Shown here: piece by piece, positions 21,761 to 35,343 of the stretch
Position numbering within the stretch: position 1 is the first letter of the stretch
Layout: every line of letters starts with the position of its first letter
Assembly: GCF_009914755.1 (NCBI RefSeq)
Contig: NC_060948.1
DNA from: the human T2T-CHM13v2.0 reference genome, Homo sapiens
Direction: 5' to 3' (one strand)
Length of the DNA: 64,000 nt
Notes under the pieces: generated by a model
Databases searched by the model: none
Seen by the model: the letters and a program-made list of their open reading frames with translations, nothing else
What the model was told of the DNA's origin: nothing
Program-made: the position numbers and the translations under genes

Positions 21761-24546
21761 AGAACTTTTAAAGTGTTCTTTATGCCAACTTAAATTTTTC
21801 ATTTTTACTACCTCATGTTTTGGATGAGGCATGTATTTTTAAATTTATTTTCACCCTTATTGTACCTCTATGATAAACTGCTTGCTTACATTCATACCGT
21901 AATTATCTCTCAGGTTACTTGTCTGTTCCTAAAGATTCACTGAAACGAAGAATTCTATATATGCTTGTATCTTTCAGCAACCGTATGTCAGATAGCACTG
22001 CACATTACTGCAGACATCGCATATACAGGTCCAAAGGTAGAGGAAGAAGAAGAAAGCAAGCGTTAAACTCTATTCATTCCTAAAAGCATATCAGAAACTC
22101 ACAAATAACAGTGAAATCAAAGAATGATCACAGCCAATTCCATTACATACCTAGACTGAAATACGAAACTTCAAAGAAAAGAAACATTAGAACTTTGGGT
22201 TTGTAAAAATTTTCCTATATAGATAAAATTATTGGTAACTGTGTCTCACTAGAAAACGTAAACAAAAATCCATGTTTTTCATATTTGTAAATATACATAG
22301 TTTTATTTCCATCAGTTATGACATGCAAGCAAGTAATAAAGTGAAAGTACAATCAAATGATATATGGAACTTCCTCAGTCTTAAAATATTCCATGGAGAC
22401 TATCAATTTTATGAAAACTATAAAGAATGCTTCATGAAACTACATTGTACAGTGCCATTTACTATTTTACTGACATTTTAAATAATCAACAATTAAAGGG
22501 AATACGTCAACATTATTTAATACCAATAACGTTATTTTTCTTGAGTAATCCTGTTGAAATTAAGGATTTTAAATAAAACATTAAAAACAAATTATATTGA
22601 CTGATTTCAGCTTTGGATGAAATCATACTTGTGTATTTGTAGTAATGCGAAGCATAACTTTCTCCTCACAATTAATCTTTTATAACATCGGTGTTATAGT
22701 TTTCTCTGACACCAACATTGTGATATCGCACAGGTTTACTGCATGCATGCATTACATGCCTCCAGAGAGTAGGCTTCAAATATATGGAAAAATTATATTT
22801 ATGAAAAAATTCTAGGAAAGGGAATGGTGAAATGGAAGAGAATTTCTCACTTGCTAACTGTTGGACATGGATTTGTATATATTTGGATATAGACACATAC
22901 TGGCACACTGTGAGTTTGCCCATGTATATATACACTTATATGAGAAACCCATAATATATGGGTTGTGTAATCTTTTAATTAATCCATAATTGTATGTGTG
23001 TGAAATTAGATAAGCGGTTACCTTTTCTTTACTCAATTTGATGGAAAGCCAAAAAACTCTGTCCACCTTCATTTCAATTAATCCAATACTGTTAACTGCT
23101 GGTAGCTTCATTCTCCTTGTTCTCTTACGGCAACCGGAAAGTTAATTCTCGCTCTAATTTGGCTTTCAAGGTGCGATCAACAAGAGTGTCACCTTGCTGT
23201 GGATTGTGACCTCTGACTCCACCTCTGTCTTCCTTTTGCAGTCCTACCTTTGCATAGGTAACAAACTTTGTACATGGTTAAAAGGATAAAAGTTCAGTGA
23301 AATGTCAAGCCATGCTGTGAAATGTTCCATAGTTTCTATATCTCTAATTGTCCTTTGATGTTATAGAGGCAAGAAAAATAATTCAATGTTTTTCTTAGTA
23401 TCTAGTCCAATGCACTCTTTCTTCATAATACTGCAAACAAGGCACTGACATGGAAACGTGGCTGGACGTCTCAAAATCTCTTCTCATTAATTACCATTAT
23501 GTTAATCACTGTTGCCCACAACTGGAATTGGACTTTGAAATCCCCTGGTGGAAATTGCTATAATGGCTCAAACTACTGGAAAGACTATCTTTTTTTTACC
23601 TGAAAATATCTGATGAGCATAGACGTATGCTATATACAGGAACATATTGTACATTAACAACATACCATCACTGCCACTCAATAATAGGTATCCCAAACCT
23701 TTGAGCCAAACTGAGCTCGGGTGCTCCCACAAACCAAGCTTTTCCCTCCACAGATTTCTTATGTCAAAAAGCCACAACTCCAGGCCAGGCTTCGTGGCTC
23801 TTGTTGTAATTTCTACATTTTGGGAGGCCGAGGTTGGTGGGTCACTTGAGGTCAGGAGTTGGAGACCAGCATGGGCAACATGGCAAAAAGCTGTCTCTAC
23901 CAAAAATACAAAAATTAGCCAGACCTAGTGGCACTTTCCTGTGGTCCCAGCTACTTGGGAGGCTGAGGCAGGAGAACCACCTGAACATGGGTGGCAGAGA
24001 TTGTATAGTAAGCCAAGATCAGACTACTGCACTCCAGCCTGGATGACACAGCGAGACCATGACTGAAAAAAGAAAAAAAAAAAATAAAGGCAACTCCACT
24101 CGTCCACTGGCTTAGGTAAAAAGTACTGGAGTTGGCTGGGCTCGGTGGCTCACACCTGTATTCCCAGCACTTTGGATTTTGGGAAGCTGAGTCGGGCGGG
24201 TCACCTGAGATCTGTAGTAGGAGAGCAGCCTGGCCAACATGGTGAAGCCTGGCTTCTACTAAAAATACAAAACATTAGCTGAGCGTGGTGATGCATGCTT
24301 GTAATCCCAGCTACTGCAGAGGCTGAACCTGGGAGGCGGAGGATGTGTTGAGCTGAGATCCTGCCACTGCGCTCCAGCCTGGTCTACAGAGCGAGAGTAC
24401 CCTGTGAGAAACAAAGGTGAAGAGAACAAGAAAAAAAAAATGAGAAAAATAAGACCCACTGCAAAAGGTTGCCACAGAAAAGATTAAAAATTTCAGCGAC
24501 TTCTATCTTCTGTCATGGAAGCCAAGGTTATTTGGACCAAACCTCC

Positions 24547-24899
24547 TGTCTTAGTTCATTTTCACGCTGCTGAAGAAGACATACCTGAAACTGGGAATAA
24601 AAGGAGGTTTAATTGGACTGACAGTTCCACATGGCTGTGGAGGCCTCAGAATCATGGTATACGAATAAAGGCACTTCTTACATGGCAATGCCAAGAGAGA
24701 ATGAGGAAGAACCTGAGGCAGAAACCCCTGAAAAACCCATCAGATCCCGTGAGACTTCTTCACTGTCACAAGAATAGCATGAGAAAGACCGACCCCCATG
24801 ATTCAATTACCTCCCCCTGGGTCCCACCCGCAACACGAGGGAATTCTGGGAGATACAATTGAAGCTGAGATTTGAATGGAGACACACCAAACCATGTCA
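24547..24899 (-). mobile_element. THE1 solo LTR, unit 2
   Basis: Copy of 4272-4624. Confidence 0.9.
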
Positions 24900-27800
24900 C
24901 TTCCCAAACAATTAAAAATTCCCAATAGAAGAAGCATTAATTATATCAAAAAGTGGTGGACCAAGAAGGAACTATTAGCCTCATATCTCAAGAAAGACTC
25001 CAGTCAAGGCCTAGGGACTACTCATGAAAAGAGTTTAATAGCCGACTCTCTCCCAGTGGATCTGGATTCCACCGGACTGTATCTTCACAGTAAGGGTGAA
25101 ACAGAAGCAAACCCATTCCTATTTCCAAGCTCAAGGAACTTTGGTCAAAGTTCTCTTGGAGCTGAGCAGAACAAGGAGGCAAACAGAAAAGATTTGTGTC
25201 CCTAAGAAGTCATGGCCACAGGCTGGCTATCACACAGATTGTCAAGCCAGTTCCATATTGCATGGGTATTACAGAAAATCTCAAAACATAAATTTGTGTG
25301 TGGGTTGTCCCAGAGTAGCAGGATCTGGCAGAAGGAAATTTCCTTCTAACCCTCAAAGAATCCACATAAATCTTGTTACATTTGGGATTTTACGATTTGC
25401 TTCAGGAATGAGAATGGCCTTAATTTTCATATCTTTTTCTACACTCAGTTTATGTCTTGTTGGCGTCAAAGTTCTGCTTGCTTCACACAATGAGTTTAGG
25501 ATTTTCCCTTTTTTATTCTATAGAATTCTTCATATATATTGAAATGCTCTGCCTGGGGAAAAAAATCTGAGCCTAGCGTTTTATCTCTAGGAAGAATCCT
25601 TTATTTCCTTGAACATTTATGAGACTATACAGATTATATATGTCTTCTTGTATCAATTTTACTAAGCTATATACATAGCTTATGTTTATATATTATATAT
25701 ATAAATGTAAGATACAAATATAAAAATTATGTATAAATATGAAAATATATATAGAAAGCGATATATATGTCTATATATATAGACAGATTATAAATATCTG
25801 TCTATTTGACCTAAGTTTTCAAATTTGTAGGTTAAGGTGTTAACGATATTTCCTTATTAGCTTCTTAATCTATGCTGTATCTATGGTTGTGTACCTTTTA
25901 AATTCTTAGTTTTATCTATGTTTTCTCCCTTTTTTTCTAAACTTGACTGACGGTTGCATCACTTATTATATTTCTCCAACAAGCAAAGGTTAGCTTTGTA
26001 TGTTTTACTAATTTTGTCTACATCATTATTCCCACACTTTAGTTTTTCAGAATTGATTCTGTTGTTTCTTTTCTAATTCTTTATTGAAATATCTAGTACA
26101 TTAATTTTCAAGTTATTAGAGAAATATTTGTCTGTAAACTCCTATTGTAATATCACTTTTCTTGCTACTCACAGATTTAATCTTTAATATTGGCGGTATC
26201 ATTGAGTTCTAAGTACATTTCAATTCCTAGTATGATAATCTATGAATTGCTGAGAAATAGTGTTTACAATTTTGTTGTTCTATTTCCACTTAAGTTTATT
26301 TTTACTTCTGCTAACTCAATTGAAAATTCTTTACTAATTTTTAAAATCCTTGAACCCAAGAGATGGAGGTTGCAGTGAGCTGAGATCAGGCCACTGCATT
26401 CCAGACTGAGTGACAGAGTGGAACGAGATTTCAAAACAAAACAAAACAAAACAAAACAAAACAGTCACTGGAAAGATAATAAAATACATAAATGTGGGAT
26501 GTAATATGTAATCGTGATAAAATAAACTGGATTTTTTGTATAAGTTATACATATAAATGTAATGCCAAGACACTGATAAGACAACTCATGGTCTTATCTC
26601 AATACTTAGTGTCTTCATGTAACATATGTCCTTTAGGATAGTTATAGTCCGTTTTCTTTCCAGGAGAGACAGATGAGAATGCAGAAATGTTAAAGTGCAA
26701 GGGACGGAAGCTTCCAGCTGTGCCCACCTGTAACCTGACGTAGACAGTTCCACCGTTTGCTTCATTAATCATGCCAAAGGCTCTAATGCAAATGTGGTAC
26801 AGAGTCACATGTTTTTGTATCTACATGATAGAAACTATAACTTCATCCCTATATAGAAGGGTATATAGCATATGCCTCAGTGATAAATATAAGTGAATCA
26901 TTGATCAGTAGGAAACCATTTTAAAAGTCTTTCATAACAGAACAAAATCCCTGAAAACATTTTCTTCTCAATCTCTGAGTTTTCTTACACGGCTTATGAA
27001 TCTCTAGCCATACTAAAGAGATAGTATGCTGCTCTTCCCACAAATTATTCATTGTATATAATTCCTGTAATCTAATAACAGTACCTTTACACCTCAGGGT
27101 TTAAAATGACTCCAACCTTTTTCTGTTTCTCCAATTAAAATAACTTTTTTAAGGTTTAATCTTCAGTAATTTTTTGTAGTAATATTTTTGAAGGTATTTG
27201 ACCAGGATGATTTGCTTATATACCTACCTGACGTCTCCCTTTCTTCTGAATACATATTTTATTAACCACCTATTAGATCTAAGTTTAAGAAGTTGGAATA
27301 GGGATTTAAATCTAAATTCTACATTTGAATTTACAGGAGTCAGCGAGTCCGGGAAGTGCCTTTATGCACAGACCAATATCTGGCAATGGCACTAGGAGAC
27401 AAATAAGCTTTACCAGTCTCAAAGCCCTGGCTACTACAGTGAATCCACCCTTCTCCTGGATCTTATCTACTTCAGCAAAAGAAGGCCACCCACTAAACCA
27501 GGCCCTTGTACTTTGGGTGGAAACTCCTAAGTCCTCTAGTCTCCTCAAACAGACAGCCAGGCTGCCAATTTCCACAATAATAATTTCTATAGCACTGAGT
27601 CTTTGGTAGCCTTGTAACTATAGCTACTGATGCTACAGTCTGGTCCCTGTATGATAAAACACCAGAGCAACAGAAACAAAAATATTGACTGAAGCCTTCT
27701 AAAATCTCTCTAAATATACCTTCAATAAATATGGTTTTTTTTACAGAACGACTGCTTTCAGCTTCCTGAACTAACGCTTGGCCTTCGCTAGTTGTCACTG

Positions 27801-28121
27801 TTGAAATTGATTCAAAAGTGTACATTTAACATGAAAGTCAACACAGAATTTCATGTGTCAGCAACTAAAATTTTCAAAATGTTGCAAAATACAAATGTGA
27901 AACTGTATTTGTGAAATTTACCATTCATTGAAATTATATTTTCATACCTACCCAGGCACAGAATTTTTTATAACTGTCTGCATGTTCTCCTCATGTGGGG
28001 GAAAAGCAGCATCAGCAGGCAGAGGAATCCTTTGAAGCTGGAGGGAGAGGTTGCAGTGATCTGAGAGTTTGCCACTTGACTGCAGCCTGGATGACACAGT
28101 GAGACTCCAACTGAAAAGAAA

Positions 28122-28158
<37 letters not shown>

Positions 28159-28233
28159 CCAAAATTGATAAGTAAAAAAAAAATCCATATTCGAAAACAT
28201 GCTCACAGGCTATCTCCCATATCTAACACACAG

Positions 28234-28269
<36 letters not shown>

Positions 28270-29404
28270 ACAATTCCTTGAAAACGAAAGTTCCACAAGG
28301 GCAAAAGAAGAAAACAAATTTAACACCCCCCAAAGAAAGTACAAAGAGTAACCTCAAAAGAACCGCAGGGGAAAACAATTCAAAATTTACAAGTATCTAC
28401 CCTAAAAGAAGCTGAAAGTCCCTCAAAAACTTTCCAGAGGCCATGTCCTTGTATTACAAAAATGATCATAAAAACTGGCAGGAGTAGACGAATAGAAATG
28501 CATCTTAAAACTTGCTAAACCCTTCAAGTCTCCCATAAGAATTGTAATGGAAAATGGATCGGTCGGCAGCTTTTTCCATACAATTATGAACAAATTATAT
28601 TTCTTCATACATAGATTTGTTTTTTCAATATTCTAAGGAATTAACTTTTATATTAATAGTAGGTGATGTAAGAAAGCAGGCCTTTATCAAGATAACTGAC
28701 ACTGGATGTCCATACCATTACTCAGGTGGGCCTTAATTCCCAGCCGGGTTCCCTCCCTGGACACACACTGAAGGTCCCCAGCCATTTGGCAATCTCTTCA
28801 CATTCCCAGCCCTGGAGGTAGCCCTAAAATACATGTACCTGAAGAAAATAAAACATTGCCTCACACTGGAGCCCAGTGTGGTCCTCCAGATTCCGTGTGA
28901 GGTGGACTAACTTATATGGGAAGGCAGGGCAGCGGGAGTGAGGATGGCAGAGAGGATTACACATGTCAAGGCAGCCGGGGTCATGGAAACAAAACATGAC
29001 TGGCCTGGGAGAAACACTGTGAAAGGACACAGACCTAGGTGGGCCTCAGGTGGACATCCTCGTGGAGAAAAAGGGGGCCCTGGTTGATCTCAAAATGAGC
29101 CCCAGGTGGTAGCAGGTCTTACCGCAGGGCAGGGAGCTGGCGAGTAATGATGAGACAGCTATCCCTTAAGCCCTGCTTGTCACCCACTGACTTTAGCCAC
29201 ATATGCATCATAGTGGCTTAAGGTGCCCCGATCCTGAAATGTGGGTGTTACATGTCCCTGATGGGCCTCTCTCCCCCAACCCACGGATTGCCTGGGATTG
29301 CTCACTGCAGTCTCCTCCCGGATCCTTGGGTTCTCCATGTGGGGCCCAGATCCAGGTCAAAAGGCCTCTCAGTTCCCAGCCCTTCCCAGCCCTAGGCTGC
29401 TCGC

Positions 29405-31609
29405 CTGGCCTCCTCTCTGTTCCGCCTCTAGGGCTGACCCTCTCTCCATGGGATAGAACTGCAATGGATTGAGCCATAGGCCCTGGCTGATGATCTAGGG
29501 GACTGCAGAAGTGGGTCCAGGACAGTTCAGGTGACAGTTCAAAGCCAATTCCCCAGAGACCAAGGAATGACCAGCTAGGTCCTTTCCCATGATGCCCCAC
29601 GGCGAACCCCACCTCAGCAATCCTGCCAAAACCCGGGCAGTCATGTTCAGCCAAACAGCTGAATGAGCTCAGGTAGGAGGTGTACTGCCTGCAGCTGGAG
29701 GCTTGACCTTCGTGATCCCAGAACCGCTGGACTGCAGTGGAATGAGACACCCTGTAGCCTGCAGGGAGAGGAGTCAGGAAGGTTCATGCCAGTCCCACCC
29801 TCCCACACACCAGCTCCCCTACCATGCTGGGAGGCATTCCTTACCGAGGATGCCAACACAGTGCTCCTTCATGATGATTTCACTGTGGAAATAAAGGTTG
29901 GGATGAAAGGAAATCATCCTGCCACCGGTAACCGGGATGGCTGAGTTCCTCCACCTGCCGGATCAAGGAGAAAGAGGATGGATTCAATGGGACCATCTCA
30001 ACTAGCCGGGCTGAGGTGGCCTACTAGCTGTAGTGAACCATGAGTTTCCCCTTCCCAGCTCTCCCACTGAGACAACCCTGGTCCCCAGGGGGACCTCAAA
30101 CTGACTCAGACACTGGACTCCTCCCACAGACCCAGGCTCCCCAGCCTGACCTGCAAATCCATCACGTAGCAAAGCAGGACTTCCGCATGCTTTCCGACCC
30201 ACGCCGACATCTCGTGTGCCAAACAATCTACCTCTGCGCAAGAACTCTCCAGAGGATTGGGTGGGCAAGCCTCGTGACGCCTTGCAATTTCGCAAGAACA
30301 CAGACAATGTGGAACAGGGCCATCTCCCAGACATTTGGCCAGTCACCCTTCATTGTTGGCCCTCTATCTCTGTCTGGCGAGGAGGCAACGCCACAACTGT
30401 GGTGGTTTTTGGAGTGGGTGGACCCCGGCCAAGACGGCCTGGGCTGACCAGAGACGGGAGGCAGAAAAAGTGGGCAGGTGGTTGCAGCTGAGGGACGGGA
30501 GGGACCGGGGGTGGTGTGAGGCGGCTGCTTCTCTGGGTTTCTGAGATGCAGGAGGCCTTTGTGTGCTGGGTGCTGGACATGCTCCGCTGATGTCCGGGTG
30601 TGTGGTGTCCTCTTATCCTAGTCTCCCTGAGGGGTGGGCCTGTCCACCTGAGGGAAGCCTTGTAGTTAGAAGCCACAGCAGGGTCGTGCCTGGCGCTCTC
30701 CAAGGGAATTGCGTGGGTCCAGAGGAAGTTATACAGGCTCAGGGCCTACACGCCTTTGAGTGCAGCGCCTGCAGTTGGATGAATGCGCATCTGCGGAGCT
30801 GGTGCCCGCCGTCAGGTGGTCGGCAGCCCCATGCGCCGCGAACCCGTCTTAAGCACCTTGTGTTTCTGGGGTGAGCCTGCTGGAAACAGGCACCGAGAGC
30901 AGGGGTGGTTCAATGGCTGGTAATGGCATACAGATTCCCCGTCCTCCAGGGACGTTCCCAGGGAAACGCGTCCTTCGAATTTGGGCTGTGCGCAAAGGGA
31001 CCTTGGCGCCGCGATTCTCCCTTGTCAGTGCTGGCCCTGGCTCCCCTTCCCTACCACGTGCTCCCAGGGCTGCTACAAGCGAGCTGCCCTCACAGCTGCG
31101 GGAACGTGGCCTCGGCTCCCACGCTGTCCCCCATCCCCTGCCTCCTGGCTGACCCCACGTGCCTCCCACCTGGCTCCTCCCCGCAAACAGCCCCCATACC
31201 CCCCGAGGCCCGATGACTATCCCCTGCTGCCCGCCATCCCAAATCGGCAGCCGCAAGGATATGGCTCTGGCTCACAAGGCGGAGATGCTCTGTGGCCTGG
31301 GGCATTCACGGAGCCCAGCTCCAAGTGAAGGACCTCCAGCGAGTCCATTGACGGCCCCGGTGTGCTCGGTCCAGGGCCAGGCTGTGCCCGCTGGCCCTCC
31401 TTCTGCCACCCCACGTCGGGCTCCACCTCAACCACCACCTCCACCTCAGCCATGATGTCTTCCACCTTCAGCACCGCCTCCTCTTCCAAGGCCGCCTCCT
31501 TGCTCTGTACCCCGGCCGTCCTCTCCAGCATTGCCTCCAGCCTGAACACGGTTTTCTCCTGGGTGCTCCCACAGACCCTGGGCCTGCGCAGCCCAGCCCA
31601 GCCCAGCCC
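29405..31609 (-). pseudogene. FAM197Y: Inverted degenerate TSPY paralog, unit 2
   Basis: Copy of 9126-11330 (+20279). ORFs 31217-31981 and 29208-29750. Confidence 0.85.
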
Positions 31610-31618
31610 ATGCCCCGC

Positions 31619-32604
31619 ACCCGTAGGCTCTGGGGGCCCGCTCCCCAGCAGACCCGCTCCCTGCAAGACCCACGGGCGTCGCCCTGCTGTGAACCTGGTC
31701 CCACACCTACGTGGACCCAGGTTTCCTGAGGAGCTCCGCTGGACCCGCAGATCCCGCACTGGCCAAAGGGCTCCGGTCCCCAGCAGGCTCAACTGCGCAC
31801 AGGAGCTCGGGAGCCAGAGGCCCCGGCCCTGGGCTTGCAGAGCCCCACCAACAGGCACCGCAACCGCTGCTGCGGGTGCGGGAGCCTCTGGGTCGTCAAG
31901 GCAGCGCACAACAGCGTGCGCGCAGGCCGACAATGGCCAACCCTGGCGGCTGGCCTCTGGTGTGCCCAGGGCATAGGACAAGAGGCCCTTTGGAATGCTC
32001 CTTGGAGTACAGCATCCTCAGGGAGGAAGCATGGTACTCGGAGCCTCTATTTGCCTCGACCTGTGAGAGTGTGTGCCGGGGCTCTGGCCTCTACAGCAGA
32101 TCAATTCCACCTCAGCACCGGCAGGCGACTTTCCTCCCACGTGCCCGCCCCGATCACTTCCCCCAGGACACCCCTGCCGCCCTAGCCCCAGCAACCAGAG
32201 AGAGTTCTCTGCATCTGCTGTATTACCTCCGTACCATCTACCTGGCCTGCCTAACGAAGAGAGATGTTTCCTGTGTTCATGACACATAGAGATGTTCATG
32301 GCTTGCCACACTGAGGATGTCAGGGCACAGGGCTGCCATGCCCACAATTCCAAAGGCCACGCAGCCCGCGTGTGCCCGGATGCCTAGCTACCCGGCACAA
32401 GCTCCAAGGGCTTCTCGGAGGAGGCTTGGGCAGGGAAGGCGGGGGGTGGGGGGGCTGGAGATGCAGGCCCGCCAGTGGCTGTGCCGCCCAGGGAGACGCC
32501 CACCGCCCTCCCATTGACTGGCCACGACGGGAGGAAGTCGGCCTGGGTGCGGCCCCCCGGCCCTTCGCGCGCAGTCCCTTAGGGGGCGCCTGGAAGCCCG
32601 GCGC
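31619..32604. promoter_or_regulatory. CpG-rich divergent promoter region, unit 2
   Basis: Copy of the unit-1 region. Confidence 0.7.
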
Positions 32605-35167
32605 ATGCGCCCTGAGGGCTCGCTGACCTACCGGGTGCCAGAGAGGCTGCGGCAGGGTTTCTGTGGCGTGGGTCGGGCAGCACAGGCCTTGGTGTGTGCG
32701 AGTGCCAAGGAGGGCACCGCCTTCAGGATGGAGGCTGTACAGGAGGGGGCGGCCGGGGTGGAGAGTGAGCAGGCGGCTTTGGGGGAGGAGGCGGTGCTGC
32801 TGTTGGATGACATAATGGCGGAGGTGGAGGTGGTGGCGGAGGAGGAGGGCCTCGTGGAGCGGCGGGAGGAGGCCCAGCGGGCACAGCAGGCTGTGCCTGG
32901 CCCTGGGCCCATGACCCCAGAGTCTGCACTGGAGGAGCTGCTGGCCGTTCAGGTGGAGCTGGAGCCGGTTAATGCCCAAGCCAGGAAGGCCTTTTCTCGG
33001 CAGCGGGAAAAGATGGAGCGGAGGCGCAAGCCCCACCTAGACCGCAGAGGCGCCGTCATCCAGAGCGTCCCTGGCTTCTGGGCCAATGTTGTATCCTTCT
33101 CAGTGTTTCTTCGGCCTTTCTAGTGGAGAGGTGCTCTCGGGGAAGTGTAAGTGACCGATGGGCAGCTCGGCGTCGATGTGACTCTTTGGGGAACAAAGGG
33201 GAGTTGCCACGGACCAATGTGGCTGTGGAAAGCCGGAGCAGGCGTGGGTACTATTGTCCTGCATGCGGCAGAGAAACCCTTGGTGATGCCGAGCAGCAGA
33301 CGTTTGGGGCATCTTTTTGAAGAGCAGAAGCGAGTTCAGAGCGGAAGAGGTTTTTCAGTGAATGAAGCTATTTTTAAGGGAGTGTGATTGCTGCCCCTTG
33401 CTAGTCCGATCTGGGACTGGGCGTCTTCGGCTATAAGCAGATTCTGCCACTCCTCAGACACCAGCAAGTCTCTGCAAATCGCGCCTCCCCATGTCAGTGC
33501 AGTCAGCCTCAGAATCATACACCCTCTGTGAACACAGGAGGCCTTAGTTTACGGGGAGGGGGAGGCGAAAGGAGATCATACATGGAAGCAGATCTGAGAA
33601 ATCCCCTACCCCAGCCTCTGGGTGCTCTTAGGCCTTCTTCCCTGTTGCTCCTCGCTTTCCCTTCCATCGTGTGTAAAGTCTCTTTGACCTAAATCAGATT
33701 GCAAACCACCCCCAGATGTCAGCCCTGATCACTGACGAAGATGAAGACATGCTGAGCTACATGGTCAGCCTGGAGGTGAGGCCAGGAAGACTGGGGCTAG
33801 AGGGTTTAGCGGGGGAGGGTAAGGGAAATAATTCATTCCTGTAAGCAAGAGTGAGCACCTCACCCGAAAACCTATCTAAGCTTTCTCCACCTTGTCCTGA
33901 CAGGTGGAAGAAGAGAAGCATCCTGTTCATCTCTGCAAGATCATGTTGTTCTTTCGGAGTAACCCCTACTTCCAGAATAAAGTGATTACCAAGGAATATC
34001 TGGTGAACATCACAGGTGACAGGTGGCTCCCAGGATGGGTAGTGGAAGGAAGATGGTGGGTGGATCATTGCCAACGGGATCCAGCCCCCTTCCCACAAAA
34101 ACTCCTGTCTCTGTAGAATACAGGGCTTCTCATTCCACTCCAATTGAGTGGTATCCGGATTATGAAGTGGAGGCCTATCGCCGCAGACACCACAACAGCA
34201 GCCTTAACTTCTTCAACTGGTTCTCTGACCACAACTTCGCAGGATCTAACAAGATTGCTGAGGTGAGTCCTCACTGGGAAACATGAGGAATGACCCCGTG
34301 TGTTCCCAGCTGCTTGGGTCACCTTTCTGAGCCCTGATGAGGCCTTTCCCGATTGAGTCCCCTGACAGATCCTATGTAAGGACCTGTGGCGCAATCCCCT
34401 GCAATACTACAAGAGGATGAAGCCACCTGAAGAGGGAACAGAGACGTCAGGTGAGCCGTTAGTTGGCACTGGAGCTGTTTGATGCCCAGTATAAGGGGGT
34501 TGACACACCTGCCTATTCAGGGAGCCTGGGTGCTCATTTCAGAAATGTAGAAATTGAGGCTCCTTTCGTACATGTAGAAATTCCTTGAGAGGAAGACAGA
34601 GAGTGACAGAATCCAGGACGTTCATGGCATTGGGCTGAAAAGGCACGTTAGAGACTGCACTGCAAAGCGGGTGATAGCTGTGGAGTCTTAAGCCCAGTGA
34701 AGAATCGTCCATTTCCAGAATCAATGAGAAGTAAAGCTGAAAATCATTCAGTTCAGTCTGTGGCACTTGATTCCACGGCTGTCAACCCCACCGGCAGTCA
34801 TCCCGCCAACCCCATGAGATTGGGCTCCCTGAATGTGCGTCCTGGTCATCCTTGCCCCAAACCACAAAGGACTGTTTAGATTGATGGATTTCCTTAAGCT
34901 GTTGCCCCATCAGACTTGTGTGTGCTTTTAGGGTCCAGTGCATCTTGTTAGCTGACTCCCCTCACAGACAATACTGGGAATGGGGCAGGGATTGCGCAGA
35001 ACAGTTTGTAACACGTGGTAGGAGGAAGTTTAAGGGATCACAAATGGGGAAGGGATATCCTTTTCTCAGCGGGCCCCACAATTGAAACATTTCAAAGTAT
35101 GGCTCAGAGAAAATGCGTTTTAACATGAGTTTGTGTTTCTCTAGGGGACTCCCAGTTGTTGAGTTGA
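32605..35167 (+). CDS. TSPY: TSPY copy 2, 308 aa. Exons 32605-33090, 33698-33775, 33904-34015, 34117-34262, 34369-34450, 35145-35167
   Basis: Same exons and splice sites as copy 1 at offset +20283. No stop or frameshift seen. Confidence 0.97.
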
Positions 35168-35337
35168 ATATGATGGAGCATCAGATTTTACCTAATACAG
35201 CAGAACTCCTAAAAAGTTACAGCCATATGCAGGACGGCAGTACTCAGCATGGTCTTATGCACAGGAACTAAAGGAAAAAGAGATCGAGTCACAAAAATTC
35301 AGGAAGAGGGGGTAAATGTGGATTGTATGGAATGAAA

Positions 35338-35343
35338 AATAAA
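35338..35343 (+). terminator. TSPY polyadenylation signal (copy 2)
   Basis: AATAAA followed by (TG)n. Confidence 0.85.
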